Shown here piece by piece: positions 26,530 through 38,635 of a stretch of 64,000 nucleotides of DNA. The stretch spans positions 73,020,065 through 73,084,064 of the forward strand of contig NC_090385.1 of the NCBI RefSeq assembly GCF_036365525.1, given 5' to 3'. Origin of the DNA: Heterodontus francisci (Eukaryota). How positions within the stretch are numbered: position 1 is the first letter of the stretch; every line of letters begins with the position of its first letter. The translations under genes were made by a program, and so were the position numbers. Under the pieces are notes generated by a model, which was not told the DNA's origin, did not search any database, and saw only the letters and a list, made by a program, of their open reading frames with translations.

Positions 26530-27239
26530 GGCACGAGGCTTGCAATAGTACTAGATGTGAGAGGGTGAGATAAAGCATTTGAATATTGGGTATGAGTTCT
26601 GATAGCGTTTGTTGGTGGGTGAGTGATTGGGGTGTGGTAATTTGATCAGTTGCAGTGGCTAGTAGTGGGATATGGCATTTGAAGATGCATTCACTGACCA
26701 TGACCATTCGTATGAGATCATTGAACTCCTTGCAGCACTGCAGCCAGGGTCCTTGGGCCTGCATCATTCTTGATGCTAACCTCCACGGCTATCTGTTCCT
26801 GCTCCCTTTTGAGAATGTTGTTGCTTGAAGGCCTCTTTCCCCCCAAGATGATACAGGACATCTCTCCTTCTTTCCACCACCTCTCAAGCCATTGTCAGCC
26901 ATTCTTCACTCTTTCTCAGGTCAGATTCAGTTGAAGAGTGACTCCCAGCACCTGCTGTAGGTAGAATGCACCAATCTTTAAGAAATGCAGACTAGCTTTA
27001 AGTAGTACAGCTGGCTTTCAGTAGCACAAACTTATAACGATAGCAGCTTCCCTGCTGATGCTTGCAACCAATGAACAGTGCAAGAAGAGTGCTGGCTGCA
27101 CACAGAAATCATTATAATTAGCAGTCAGCACAAAGTCAGCCTGCTGCCTGCCTTCCACTCAACGGCCACAAGATAATCACACATTGTTATCCCTGTGTCC
27201 ATTTTCTGAGGCTAATTCATTTATAGCCCTCTGTTCCTC

Positions 27240-27680
27240 TAACACTGACCTCTTGTGCATTCTCCTCCCCTCATGAATTAGCAATACTATTCTGGAATGG
27301 GAAACTTCATCTGACCTCTTCACATGGTTCAGCTGAATAGGGTTAAGTTTGTCAGTGGAAGCCTGTCTTGCATGTCTGCCTGCGGCAGGCGGTTTCCATG
27401 TGTAACTGTACTGTTGAGTCACATGAGAAGATTTCTTAGCTTTTCCTTCCATCCTTCCAGGCTCCATGGGTTCAGGAGGCAGCATTGATCTTTTATTCTA
27501 TTTCCTTGTCTGCTGCCCCAGCATGGTGAGAAGGGAAGGGGAAGCACACAGCCATCACTTCCATAAGCAATTGCTTGCTTCTTTTGCCTGAAGAAGCATT
27601 TCCAGCTCCTGATTATTAAACCTGCCTTTTTTCATCCTTGGATCCTCCATTGCACAGCACCATTGCACAGTAAGCAATGC
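27240..27680 (-). mobile_element. Possible older Harbinger ORF2 (Myb/SANT) remnant
   Basis: Minus strand reads MEDPRMKKGRFNNQELEMLLQ, resembling the RF...ELE.LL start of Myb/SANT-like domains. Confidence 0.35.
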
Positions 27681-28809
27681 CCTGGGCTCCCCTGTACTAT
27701 TCAGCAGTTTGAATGGATGCGCAATGCTGTTAACAAGCTACGCTGATTGATTCTGCACATGTCGCATTGCAATCCCCAAAGCCAGTAAAATCACTAGTTA
27801 ATGACTGTACTTAATAATACTTGAAATGCTCAAGTAATACTCAGTTAATCCTCCGATTGTACTCAAACAGCATTTTCAAGACTTAAATGTTTAGTGTTGA
27901 AAGGCCTTTATCTAAGTGGTTGTGCCTGTGCAGTATATCTTCAATTTTCTATCAAAAATAACCATTGACATTACAGCATAGAGATAGCTAAACACTGCTT
28001 TTATCATCGTGGATGATAATCTAAATTTTTATAACATAACCTTTGGTCAACCAAAGTCATTCATATTCTTAGGAAAGCACTTACCTAGTTGAGCTCCCAT
28101 AACAGATTAGTGGGTGAGGGATGTGGTTAATTTATAGCTCCAGATATTGGGTCATGCTCACAGCCATTATTTTCTGCCCTGGACAGTGCCCTGGGCTGTT
28201 CCCCTTCATTGGTTTTCTATAGATGAAACCCCACCCATTATACTTTAACTTAACATTCTGTCAAGTGTCTACTGCTGTCTCACGACAACAAGATTGATAT
28301 GCATGGCTTGTAGCACATTGGTGCAGTAAAGTTTAGCTAAAAGGAATTAACCCCTGAAGATGTCTAAACTGGGGCTGTATCTAAAATAGTTGGCTCAATG
28401 CCCATTGGTGAATGTTGGTCGGATAAGTGCTTGAAATGATTTTGAAAAGCAAATTAACAAAAAAAGTACTTGATTTACTTCTACTTCCACCACAGTATTA
28501 GGCTTTGAGCCCATTTGCACGGTTTTCAGTGAAACATGGACAAAATTGTAAAATCTTTTCTTAAACCAATAGAAAAAATCTAGTGTTCTATGCAATAAAA
28601 AAAGTCAATTTGACTTTTTCAGCCACTGCTGTGACCATTTTTCAGGCATAAAATAGACCCCTAAGCATCCAATATGGAGGGCGAGGCAAGTGCACTCATT
28701 AAGATCCATACGTATGCTGCCCACCATCTTGGTAAACACAGAGAAAGAGGTGTGCAGAGCACGCAGCTGAAATAGGGATTGGCGCCTTTGGTATGTGAAA
28801 ATAGGGAGC

Positions 28810-28928
28810 TTGGATAGGGAATATGGGATTAGTGTAGGATTAGTATAAATGGGTGGTTGATGTTCGGCACAGACTCGGTGGGCCGAAGGGCCTGTTTCAG
28901 TGCTGTATCTCTAATCTAATCTAATCTT
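28810..28928 (+). mobile_element. HE1-type SINE 3' fragment, inside a probable Harbinger-derived element (about 28600-29295)
   Basis: gggccgaagggcctgtttcagtgctgtatct(ctaat)n; near-identical to the reverse complement of 38362-38460. Confidence 0.85.
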
Positions 28929-29560
28929 AACGTCTATTTGAGGACATCCTTGCAAAATTAGGTTGCCCTGAACACTGTTGATGCCAGGCCAGCTGTGTTC
29001 AGGAAAAGTGGTCTACATGTGGCCTACCAGCGGTTTTTAAAAGGAACCCTGTGGGCTGCCACCAATAAGGTAAGTTTTTTGAAATATACTGACTTGCATT
29101 TGGACCTGAGAAGTGCAGGAGTGCTGCACTGCAGTGCCAGCTCCTACTCAGTTCCCTCTGAATCAACACCCTCCCTCTCTCAATTGCTCCTCTTTTCTGA
29201 CCACTTTCTCCCCCCCTGCACCCCCCACCCCAAACCAAGACCGAATAGAGCTCTGCTGCTTGTGACACAGTGGTGCTAAATTAAAATTCCTTTTAGCAGT
29301 AGGGCAATGGTGGCATAGTGGTAATGTCACTAGACTAGTAAATCAGAGGCTGAGGATGTTCTGGCGACATGGCTTTAAATCCCACATGGCCGATGATAAA
29401 ATTTGAATTCAATCAATAAATCTGGAATTAAAAGCTAGTCCAATGCTAACTATTTTCAATTGTTGTAAAAACCCATCTGGTTCACTAATGCCCTTTAGGG
29501 AAGGAAATCTGCCATCCGTACTTGGTCTGGCTTGCATATGACTCCAGAGCCACAGCAATG

Positions 29561-29683
29561 ATAACTGCAGATTCTGGAAATCCAAAACAAAAAACAGAAA
29601 GTGTTGGGAACACTCAGCAGGTCTGGCAGCATTTGTGGAGAGAGAGATAGACAGAGTCAACACTTCAGGTCTGTGACCTTCCA
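29561..29683 (-). mobile_element. Short Penelope-related repeat with degenerate minimal hammerhead motif
   Basis: 9-bp TSD acagcaatg at 29552-29560 and 29684-29692; homologous to 48355-48455. Family and strand inferred from the motif. Confidence 0.6.
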
Positions 29684-30706
29684 ACAGCAATGCGGTTAAC
29701 TCTTAAATGGCCGAGGAAGTCCAAGAAAAGGAATGAAACCAGACAGACCACCCGGCATCAGCCTAACACAGCCATACTCACCGAATCATATGTCTCAGAT
29801 ACCACCATCAGCATCCCACTGGGGACAGGACATACCCGCCAGAGGTGGTGGCACAGTGGTATACAGACAGGACAGAGTTGCCCTGAGAGTCCTCAACATT
29901 GACTCTGGATCCCATGAAGACTCATGACATCAGATCAAACAGCGGCAAACCTCCTGCTGATTGGCATTTACTGCCCCCTACCCCCCTTGGCTGAGGTATC
30001 AGTACTCCTCCCTGTTGAACACCAATTGGAAGAAGCAGTGAGGGTAGCAAGATTACAGAATGTACTCTGGGTGGGAGACTTCAATGTCCATTCCCAAGAG
30101 TGGCTCAATAGCCTAAAGGACATAGCTGCCAGACTCGGTCTGTGGCAGGTGGTGAGGAAACCAACATGAGGAAAAAAACTACTTGACCTCATCCTCACCA
30201 GTCTACCTGTCCCAGATGCATCTGTTGATGACAGCATTGGTAGGAGTGACCACTGCACAGTCCTTGAGGAAACAAAGTCCCATCTTCTCATTGAGGATAC
30301 CCACCATCGTGTTGTGTGGCACTACCACCATGCTAAATGGTATAAATTTTGAACAGATCTAGCAAATCAAAATTGGGCATCCATGTGATGCTCTGGGCAA
30401 TCAGCAGCGGCAGAATTGATTTCAATCACAATGTGTAACTTCATGGCCTGGCATATCACCCACTCTACCATTAGCATCAAACCGGGGGACCAACCCTGGT
30501 TCAGTGAAGAGTGCAGGAGGGTACGCCAGGAGCAGCACCAGGCATACCAAAAAATGAGGTGTCAGCCTGGTGAAGCTACAACACAGGACTACTTGCATGC
30601 GAAACAGAGGAAGCAGCATGCGATAGACAGGGCTAAGCGATCCCACAACCAACAGATCAAATCTAAGCTCTGCAGTCCTGCCACATGTAGTCGTGAATGG
30701 TGGTAG

Positions 30707-31618
30707 TGTTACAACCGACCACTCCCGTCAAATCCCCCAATCAAGATAAATGATTCTGATTGTGGTGGGACCAAAGCACTGTTAATGCAATCCCGTCATT
30801 CCACAGATCAGCTAACATATCATTTAAAACTTTCCAAATTAAAGAAAGACCCAACCAAATTGTACCATCTATTAACCACCAACTGCCCCCCCCCCACCCC
30901 AAATGAGGCTAACCAAACCAGGTGTCTTTAAATCAACAAATTAACTCTTCAATTAAACAAACTCAATTCTTAAACACTATGAAGATAGAAACAACGAGAA
31001 AAAAATTAAAGTCCTTGCTAATCTACAGTCCAATGTTGCTTGAAGTCCTCACGGGATGTTGCTCAAAGTCCTCACAGGATGTTGCTTTCCTTCTCCAGTG
31101 AATTTCACCAATTAACGACTTGCAAATGCTTTCAACAGAATCAGTCTGACATTAGAGTTTTTAAGGGATAAAATATTGTCACAGTCTAACTTCCCTTCAA
31201 TTTAAATTACCACAGATCTCTGTTTTGGCTTGATTTTTTTTTGAATTTTGAAAGATAATAATTAAACAGATTAAAATCGTCTTCCTTCAGTTTAAATGGT
31301 TGAGAGCTCTTTTTCAGGTGTGCTCATCACATCCGTGTCCTCTGCGTCTGTTGTTCTGTTAGCACAAACTGTCTTCCTAACAGCCAGTTCAAAACTGAAT
31401 TGTAACAAATGTATCGCATCAAGCTTGTTCCCAGTGGCTATATCTATGGTAACGAGAATGCAACCTTTGAATCGCAGTCTCCAAATGGCTGTTTCTAAGG
31501 CAACAAGAATGCACCTTCTTAAAACTCCTAAGGCTTGCTGGCTCTTAAACCAATACTAATCCCTTGCAAGCCTTAAATGCAAACTGCATATTCCGAAAAA
31601 AACTACAGGACCATGACA
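30707..31618 (-). mobile_element. Solo LTR inserted in LINE copy C
   Basis: tgttac...catgaca; TSD gtag/gtgg (one mismatch); LINE sequence resumes collinearly afterwards. Confidence 0.8.
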
Positions 31619-32680
31619 GTGGATATTTGAACAACTAACAGGAGGTGAAGGCTCCACAAATATCCCCATCGTCAATGATGGGGCAGCCCAGCACATCAGT
31701 GCAAAAGACAAGGCTGAAGCATTTGCAACAATCTTCAGCCAGAAGTGCCGAGTGGATGATCCATCTCAGCCTCTTCCTAAGGTCCCCAGCATCACAGATA
31801 CCAGTGTTCAGCCAATCCGATTCACTCCACATATATTAAGAAACGGTTAAAGGCACTGGATACTGCAAAGGCTACGGGTCCTGACAACATTCCAGCAATA
31901 GTAATTACAAATGGTGCTCCGGAACTGGTGCTCTGAAGACTTGGCCCATAGCCAAGCTGGTCCAGTACATCTACAGCACTGGCATCTACCTGGCAATGTG
32001 GAAAATTGTGCTGGTATGTCCTGTGCACAGAAAGCAGGACAAATCCAACCCGGCCAATTACCACCCCATTAGTCTACTCTTAATTATCAGCAAAGTGATG
32101 GAAGGTGCCATCGACAGTGCTGTCAAGTGGCACTTGCTGAGCAATAATCTCAGTGACGCTGAGTTTGGGTTCCACCAGGGCCACTCAGCTCCTGACCTCA
32201 TTACAGTTCAAACATGGACAAAAGAGCTGAACTCAAGATGTGAGGTGAAACTGACAGCCCTTGACATCAAGGCAGCATTTAACTGAGTATGGCATCAAGG
32301 AGCCCTAGCAAACTGGAGTCAATTAGAATCAGGGGAAAACTCGGTTGGTTGGAGTCATACCTAGCACAAAGAAAGATGGTTGTGGTTGTTGGAGGTTAAT
32401 CACCTCAGTCCCAGGATATCACTGCAGGAGTTCCTCAGGGTAGTGCCTAGGCCCAACCATCTTCAGCTGCTTCATTAATGTCTTTCCCTCCATCGTAAGA
32501 TCAGAAGTGGGGTTGTTTGCTGATGATTGCACAATGTTCCCCACCATTCGCAACTCCTCAGATACTGAAGCAGCCCATGTCCAGATGCAGCAAGACCTGG
32601 ACAACATCCAGGCTTGGGCTAATAAGTGGCAAGCAGCATTCACTCCACACAAGTGCCAAGCAATGACCATCTCAAACAAG

Positions 32681-34949
32681 TATTATGGCCAAGGTGGAAG
32701 GAGTGCACTGTTAATTCAGTCCCACTTCTCCACGTCACAACATATTCTTTAATTTTTCCACTTTTTGAAACAGTCAATCGGATACACTATTTCCCCCCCC
32801 CCAGAATAGAACAGACTAACCAGGTTTCTTTACTGAACAACAAAATTAACATTTTATTGTAAGACAAGTCTTAACTAGTAATGAAGTAAAACAATAGCAC
32901 ACAGATCAAAATTTTAAATATCCACATTAAATATTTAAAACATCCTCTTTTCTACCTTTACCAACTTTTCAAGGCCCTTTTTACCTTACTCCCTTCATAC
33001 TCGCACTCACACACACAAAGTGATTTATGACTTTAACCCCATATAGGGACTAATCCAAATCAAGTGTACATCCCTATGAATCTCCTTTAATTAAGTTCAA
33101 ACTAAACAGATTTCGACAGAAACGTGTTTGGTTCTGAAGAACTGAACTGGTCTTCCCTCAAAGAAAGAAAACTAACAGAGAATATTACTATCTTTCGGAT
33201 AGCCTATTTTAAAAAATAATTATAGCCACATCATAAATATCCCAGATATTATAAGAGTATGGGAAACTCTCTTCAAAAAGTATCTCCCCACTTAAGGAGA
33301 CACAGAGAGGGGGTTCTTGTAATTGTGTACAGAATGCTACATGAGACAATTTATTAACTTTTATATATTTATTAAAGAATTGAACATGCAATACACTTTA
33401 AGTGGCTAAGAATACTACGGTATCAAATGTTACTAAGAGATGTAAAATATAATCTTACTTCTAAAATAGAATCCAAAAGTTCAACCTTGACAAAGTTACA
33501 GCAAAATATCTTAGAATATCCATCAAAATTCAAAGTAAACTGCTACCTAAAATTCCCCGAGGAAGCCTTCCTGCTTAACAAGACAAGATATTCTCAGTTA
33601 AGAGCAGAATTCTCTAGTCATGCAGTCAGCCATAGGTTGAGAAGCATTGTTGAGTAATTCAGTACTTCTGATTTTTTGATTCGAAACTCTCATGTTTATA
33701 CTGTTTCTAATCTATCATTTCATCTTTTGGAACGTAGGTGTTACCTTTCTGTGTGTATTTTTCCTTCTTTAATATCATTAGCTACCATTCCGACTGAATT
33801 TATTTGCTGGAAATTCCCTTCGCTTGAAGTTGTGAGCTTTTATCTGGTCAAAATGTTTGTCATTGGGTTTACTTGGCATCTGTTTTTATAAGTACCATTC
33901 CATTTTGTGATTTATCATCTGCAATTGTCTTTTTATGATACCTGGTTCCACCCTGTTGAGTCAGTCTATCTATATCACTAGCACTATCAACTAATTAGGC
34001 TTATAGGTATCAATACTGACCCCATTTAACGTGTGTCAGTGTTTTTCATCTTCTAATTCCATTGTAACAGAGACCTTGGAATGTATTTATTTTAACTTAG
34101 AAAGTGTTTCTGGTTCACATTCCATTGTAACAGGGATGTTTATGGATTTTTAATTCTGTCCTTAAAAGGGAATTTTAGCGAGTCTTGAAAACTGACCATT
34201 AATTCAATCTTTAATTCTAAAAGGTATAATGTATTAATTATATCTAAATTCTACCAAATTAAGCCTATTATACCTATGTTTCATCACACATACATATATA
34301 TATATATTCTTATACACAAATCGGTTAACTGCAAAATATAAAAGGATTTTTACATCAGAGCTCTGTGACAGACAAAAATAAAACACAAACAGATCACTTG
34401 CTCATTTTTTGAAGTAAACAGCAGGTGAGATATATTGTTCCAAACTAGCATAAAGTCCAATCTTCTGAGCACACAGATCTTTGGGATCTCAAGAATCTTT
34501 CAGAAATTAGTGTTCTTCAGGTGGCATTGAAAGTAATTTAGGAGACCTTCTTGAAATACAGAAATCAAGATAAATTCATGCTGGACTTCACAGGATCCTT
34601 CAGAGATATTGGAAAATGAAGCTGGGTTGTGGTCTTCTGTTCTTTCTTAACTTCTCCTCCAGGCTTGACGCACATACAGATTGACTTATGACCGACCAGC
34701 TTGGTAGTTTTAGCCCACCCAGGTGTGCTGTGCCTGCTACTAGGCTTGTCCAAACAAAGGAAAGTTGTCAATTTTCTGCCCCTGTTGCCATGGCTTCTGC
34801 CCTAAGCCTAGCCCGAACCAGGTGACAAACAGTAACACTGTTGCCAATCCAGCCCTCACTGTGCTCTTGATTAAAACATTTATTTAAGCTGAACAAAAAA
34901 TTCCTTTTTAAATTTTTTTTTGTTGACAGAACAGAGTCACTTCATAACA
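32681..34949 (-). mobile_element. Solo LTR inserted in LINE copy C, with a nested insert of about 1.27 kb (about 33020-34288)
   Basis: tattatg...cataaca; TSD caag at 32677-32680 and 34950-34953; left end homologous to 16293. The nested block is bounded by gtgat...atcaca inside a CA-rich tract. Confidence 0.75.
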
Positions 34950-36155
34950 CAAGAGTGAATCTAACCATCTCCATTTGATGTTCAATGGCATTACCACCCC
35001 TTACTATCAACATCCGGGGGGTTACCATTGAACAGAAACTAAATTGGATCAGCCACATAAATGCTGTGTTTACAAGAGCAGGTCAGAGGCTGGGAATTCT
35101 GTGGCGAGTAACTCACCTCTTGACTCCCCAAAGCCTGTCCACGATCTACAAGGCACAATCAAGTGGAATGGAATACTCTCCACTTGCCTGGATGGATGCA
35201 GCTCTAACAACACTCAAGAAGCCAGACACCATTCAGGACAAAGCAGCCCACTTGATTGGCATCCCATCCACCACCTTCAACATTCATTCCCTTCACCACT
35301 GATACAGAGTGACAGCAGTGTGTACCAACTACAAGGTGCACTGCAGCAATTCAAGAAGGCTCCTTTGACAGCACGTTTCAAACCCGCGACATTTACCACC
35401 AAGAAGGACGAGGGCAGCAGATGCATAGGAAAACCACCATCTGCAAGTTCCCCTCCAAGCCACACACCACCCTGACCTGGAACTATATTGCTGTTCCTTC
35501 ACTGTCTCTTGGTCATAATCCTGGAACTCCCTTCCTAACAGTACTGTGGTGTACCAACACCCCAAGGAGTGCAGAGGTTCAAGAAGGCAGCTCACCACCA
35601 CCTTCTCAAGGGCAATTAGGGATGGGCAAAAAATGCTGGCTTAGCCAACGATGCCCACATCACACAAGTGAGTAAAAGAAATGCCTGACCATATCCAGCA
35701 GGCATCTACACTTCATGTAAATATCAAATGGAGCTTTTGCGATTTTTTTTTTTGCACTGGTTTAAAAACCATTGTGCTGGAAGCCGACCCCGCCCACAAA
35801 GCTGGCCAAGCTCCCAGATCAAATTAATCACCATGATGATTTTCTGCTCATTGCACCCATTTGTGGGCCTTCTTTAAATTAGGATCCTTTTCGGAGCAAG
35901 GACACTAATAGGCATGTTTTAAAAACTTATAGATATTAAGTTATTAATTTACTAATGAACTGACTATTGGACACCAACGAAACTAGTAAATGATTCCATA
36001 TAGTTTTTAAAGTAATTTTCAAAGAGTTAAAATCAGGTTACTCAGTGTTGGTCAACTAGACATTCTGATTAAATATGTTTTTTTGTGATTCGCACATTTT
36101 TAACTATATTAAGCAAACTGTACCAGGTTACTATTGTTAAACATATCAAGTGTAA

Positions 36156-37084
36156 TGTACAGTTGGTAAGGGGTGTGGGTGGTTCTCACCATTCACCTCC
36201 CAGTTGACCACAGCAAGTGTTTTTTTAACTAGGATTTTAACCCCTTGTGTTTTATTTGTCAAACAAACAGACAGTGACAGATTTTCTTGTAGGTTTGAAA
36301 CAAAAGATTAACTGTTTATGTAACAATATTCATTCCCGAAATTGTCGTAACCGCATCCACGCATGCATTCATTCGCGCGCGCACACACACACACATGCGC
36401 ACACACATACACACACACACAAGAATAGATAGATAGAGAGGAAAAGGGTAAGTAGTTTGAAGTGAGGTCTATGTTCGGGGTTCAGGGTCTTCTCAGAGGA
36501 CAGTTTCTTTTTTAAAGTTGCAAGCCTGAGTTGTCTATAGATTTTCTGGTGGCTGATACTTCAGTCTGGAGGCAGTAGTCACTTTCAGTCCTCTGCTGCA
36601 TTGAACTGAGTGAGAGAATTCACAACGGGCCTCCTTCTTTTGATATTGCTGGATCTCTCATCTCTTGGCTGCACAGGCTTTTGGGATGTTGTGATCTCTC
36701 CCTCCTCTCTCCACAGAGCTACTTTTTTTGGTAAAAGTATCTCACATGTTGCCTCTGTTGGGAGATGCAGAGTCCCTTCCCTGCAATGACTAACAATGGG
36801 CCAGGGTATGGTTACTTTACACCTTCTTTGTTCAGAAGAACCCATTTAATTCAGGAATGTCTCTTGATAGGTTCAGGATGGGTGTAATTGACACCTCTTA
36901 GCTTGGAATGTATCCTTTTGTGTTTAATAGACAGTAAGACGGTTTGAATATACACGACCAGGTCCTCTGACCTTCAGTGGCCATTTTGCAGCACATTGAC
37001 TTTTCCTTTAAAAAATGGACAATTTTTATAACTTTTTAGTTTGGGTTCTGTATTTGCATTGCTGCACTTCTCATGAGTGTGACA
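36156..37084 (-). mobile_element. Solo LTR with internal (CA)n-rich tract
   Basis: tgtac...gtgaca; TSD gtaa at 36152-36155 and 37085-37088. Confidence 0.7.
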
Positions 37085-38361
37085 GTAATATTTTTATTGC
37101 AATTATTTTTTTTAAATTACATTCTAAAACATTGCCTGACTGCAACAGTTCATGGAAGTTTTTGCATTCAGCAATATGTAAATTAGTTTGAGAGGAAGCT
37201 TGAGGGGGGGGGGGGGAACCCTTCTTTAAACTAACACAATTTTGAATGCAATCTGTGCCCTGTTTACCGATTGTACCCAAAGTTTAACACTGAGCATTAG
37301 CGCCAACTTTAATTTCCTTGTAACCTGCACTGTGCTATGACATTAAAGTTACCTTTAAAGATTTATTCATGTACACTTTATTTGGAATGTGTATTCATTC
37401 CAAGATATGAGTTTATATAAGGGTAAATGAAGTGAAGAGAACGCGAATTTGTGGTTGCCATTAGGGTAAGACTTTCTTGTTTGCTACTATTACCTGGGTT
37501 TCCACAGAGCATTCACCAGCTTTAGCCTAGAGGGTGAGCAGGAAACTTTCTCCAAAGCTTCTTTATATCAATTGGTAAGAGGACATGGTTGTTGTTTACA
37601 AATAATTCTCCTTCTCTTCTCCTTCCAAAGCTAACCCTGCTGGATTTTGTGGTCTTAGTGGGAAGGCACCAAATTTACTTGGGACTGGCCACATCTTCAT
37701 GATTTTGAGTGAACTCCCTTGGAATTAAAAAGACAGAGAGAGGTGTGGAGGCTTGTATGAAAGCTTGCAGCTATGTTTTGCTTCACAGGGATGCCCGGTG
37801 ACTATGCAGGCATGCACCCACTAATCTGGTGCCAGAAATTTGGCCTTGAGTTTGCCATGTCTCACAATGACAGCAGAGGGCCACCCCAGCAGTTTCTCAT
37901 GGTGGTGAGTTTTTTTGATGATGGGGTTGTCTCTTCCAGTGCCTTGCTTTTTGTGGGCATTGTTGGCAAGTTTTTATTGCAACAAGTTTGAGTGAATTAG
38001 GCAAAGCTAGCAACTGAGATTCTGTTTCCTATGGAAAACTGGTGAGATTCCACCATTAATAAGGGGGAAGGAGCTTTAAGATTATTTTGATTTTAGTTGA
38101 TAGCATTCCTGTGAAGCATCGTGGGATGCTTTTCTACGTGAAAGGTGCTGTTCATAAATGCAATTTATTGTTCTTGTTGCTACTTTGCATGCAAGAAATT
38201 GTAGTTAGTATGGATGACAACATATTCTGTAAGTTCCTGAGTTAGTGCTGCCCCCACCCCTTAACCAAAGTGAAGTGTTAGTGGTTGATTGTGCACCTCT
38301 TAATTTTAGATGACAGTTCTATACTAACAACCTTGCTTCCCCTCGTCAGGTCATTGAAATG

Positions 38362-38635
38362 TTTAGTTTAGAGATACAGCACTGAAACAGGCCCTTCGGC
38401 CCACCGAGTCTGTGCCGAACATCAACCACCCATCCATACTAATCCTACACTAATCCCACATTCCTACCAAACATCCCCACCCGTCCCTATATTTCCCTAC
38501 CACCTACCTATACTAGTGACAATTTATAATGGCCAATTTACCTATCAACCTGCAAGTCTTTTGGCTTGTGGGAGGAAACCGGAGCACCCGGAGAAAACCC
38601 ACGCAGACACAGGGAGAACTTGCAAACTCCACACA
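38362..38635 (-). mobile_element. HE1-type V-SINE, 5'-truncated
   Basis: V-domain tgtgtggagtttgcaagttctccctgtgtctgcgtgggttttctccgggtgctccggtttcctcccaca on minus; CR1-like tail; TSD gaaatg at 38356-38361 and 38636-38641. Confidence 0.9.

Larger units (their letters stand above)
20160..26900 (-). pseudogene. Harbinger ORF2, Myb/SANT-like DNA-binding protein, apparently spliced (3 exons)
   Basis: SANT-like exon at about 26697-26900 (WLQCCKEFNDLIR, donor gtcagt). Minus-strand acceptors ctctcccttacag (about 21985) and ttttcatttcag (about 21128). Coiled-coil-like ORFs 20590..21012 and 20303..20617. Confidence 0.6.
18411..27230. mobile_element. Harbinger/PIF DNA transposon with two convergent genes, decayed, carrying nested L2 and Gypsy
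   Basis: Left end gtgaaattgggctcagaaat is an imperfect inverted repeat of attttctgaggctaattcat at about 27201-27220. Transposase on plus, Myb/SANT gene on minus. Confidence 0.75.
29302..35680 (+). mobile_element. Zenon-like LINE copy C, end-to-end (tRNA-like head to 3' tail), interrupted by three insertions
   Basis: Head tggcatagtgg at about 29310; ORF 29690.. MRLTLKW..ILTESY; then WVGDFNVH, GRSDH, YHPISLL, LDIKAAF, GVPQG, LFADDCTMF, IQDKAAHLIG; tail gatgcccacatc..aaaagaaa. Confidence 0.9.

Noticed and set aside
29302-29390. Genuine tRNA gene (also 45960, 50570, 59960)
   Set aside because: The acceptor and T arms are degenerate and each is contiguous with a retroposon body, so these are tRNA-derived heads.
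36375-36440. (CA)n/(GATA)-like tract as a functional array
   Set aside because: Ordinary microsatellite inside a solo LTR.
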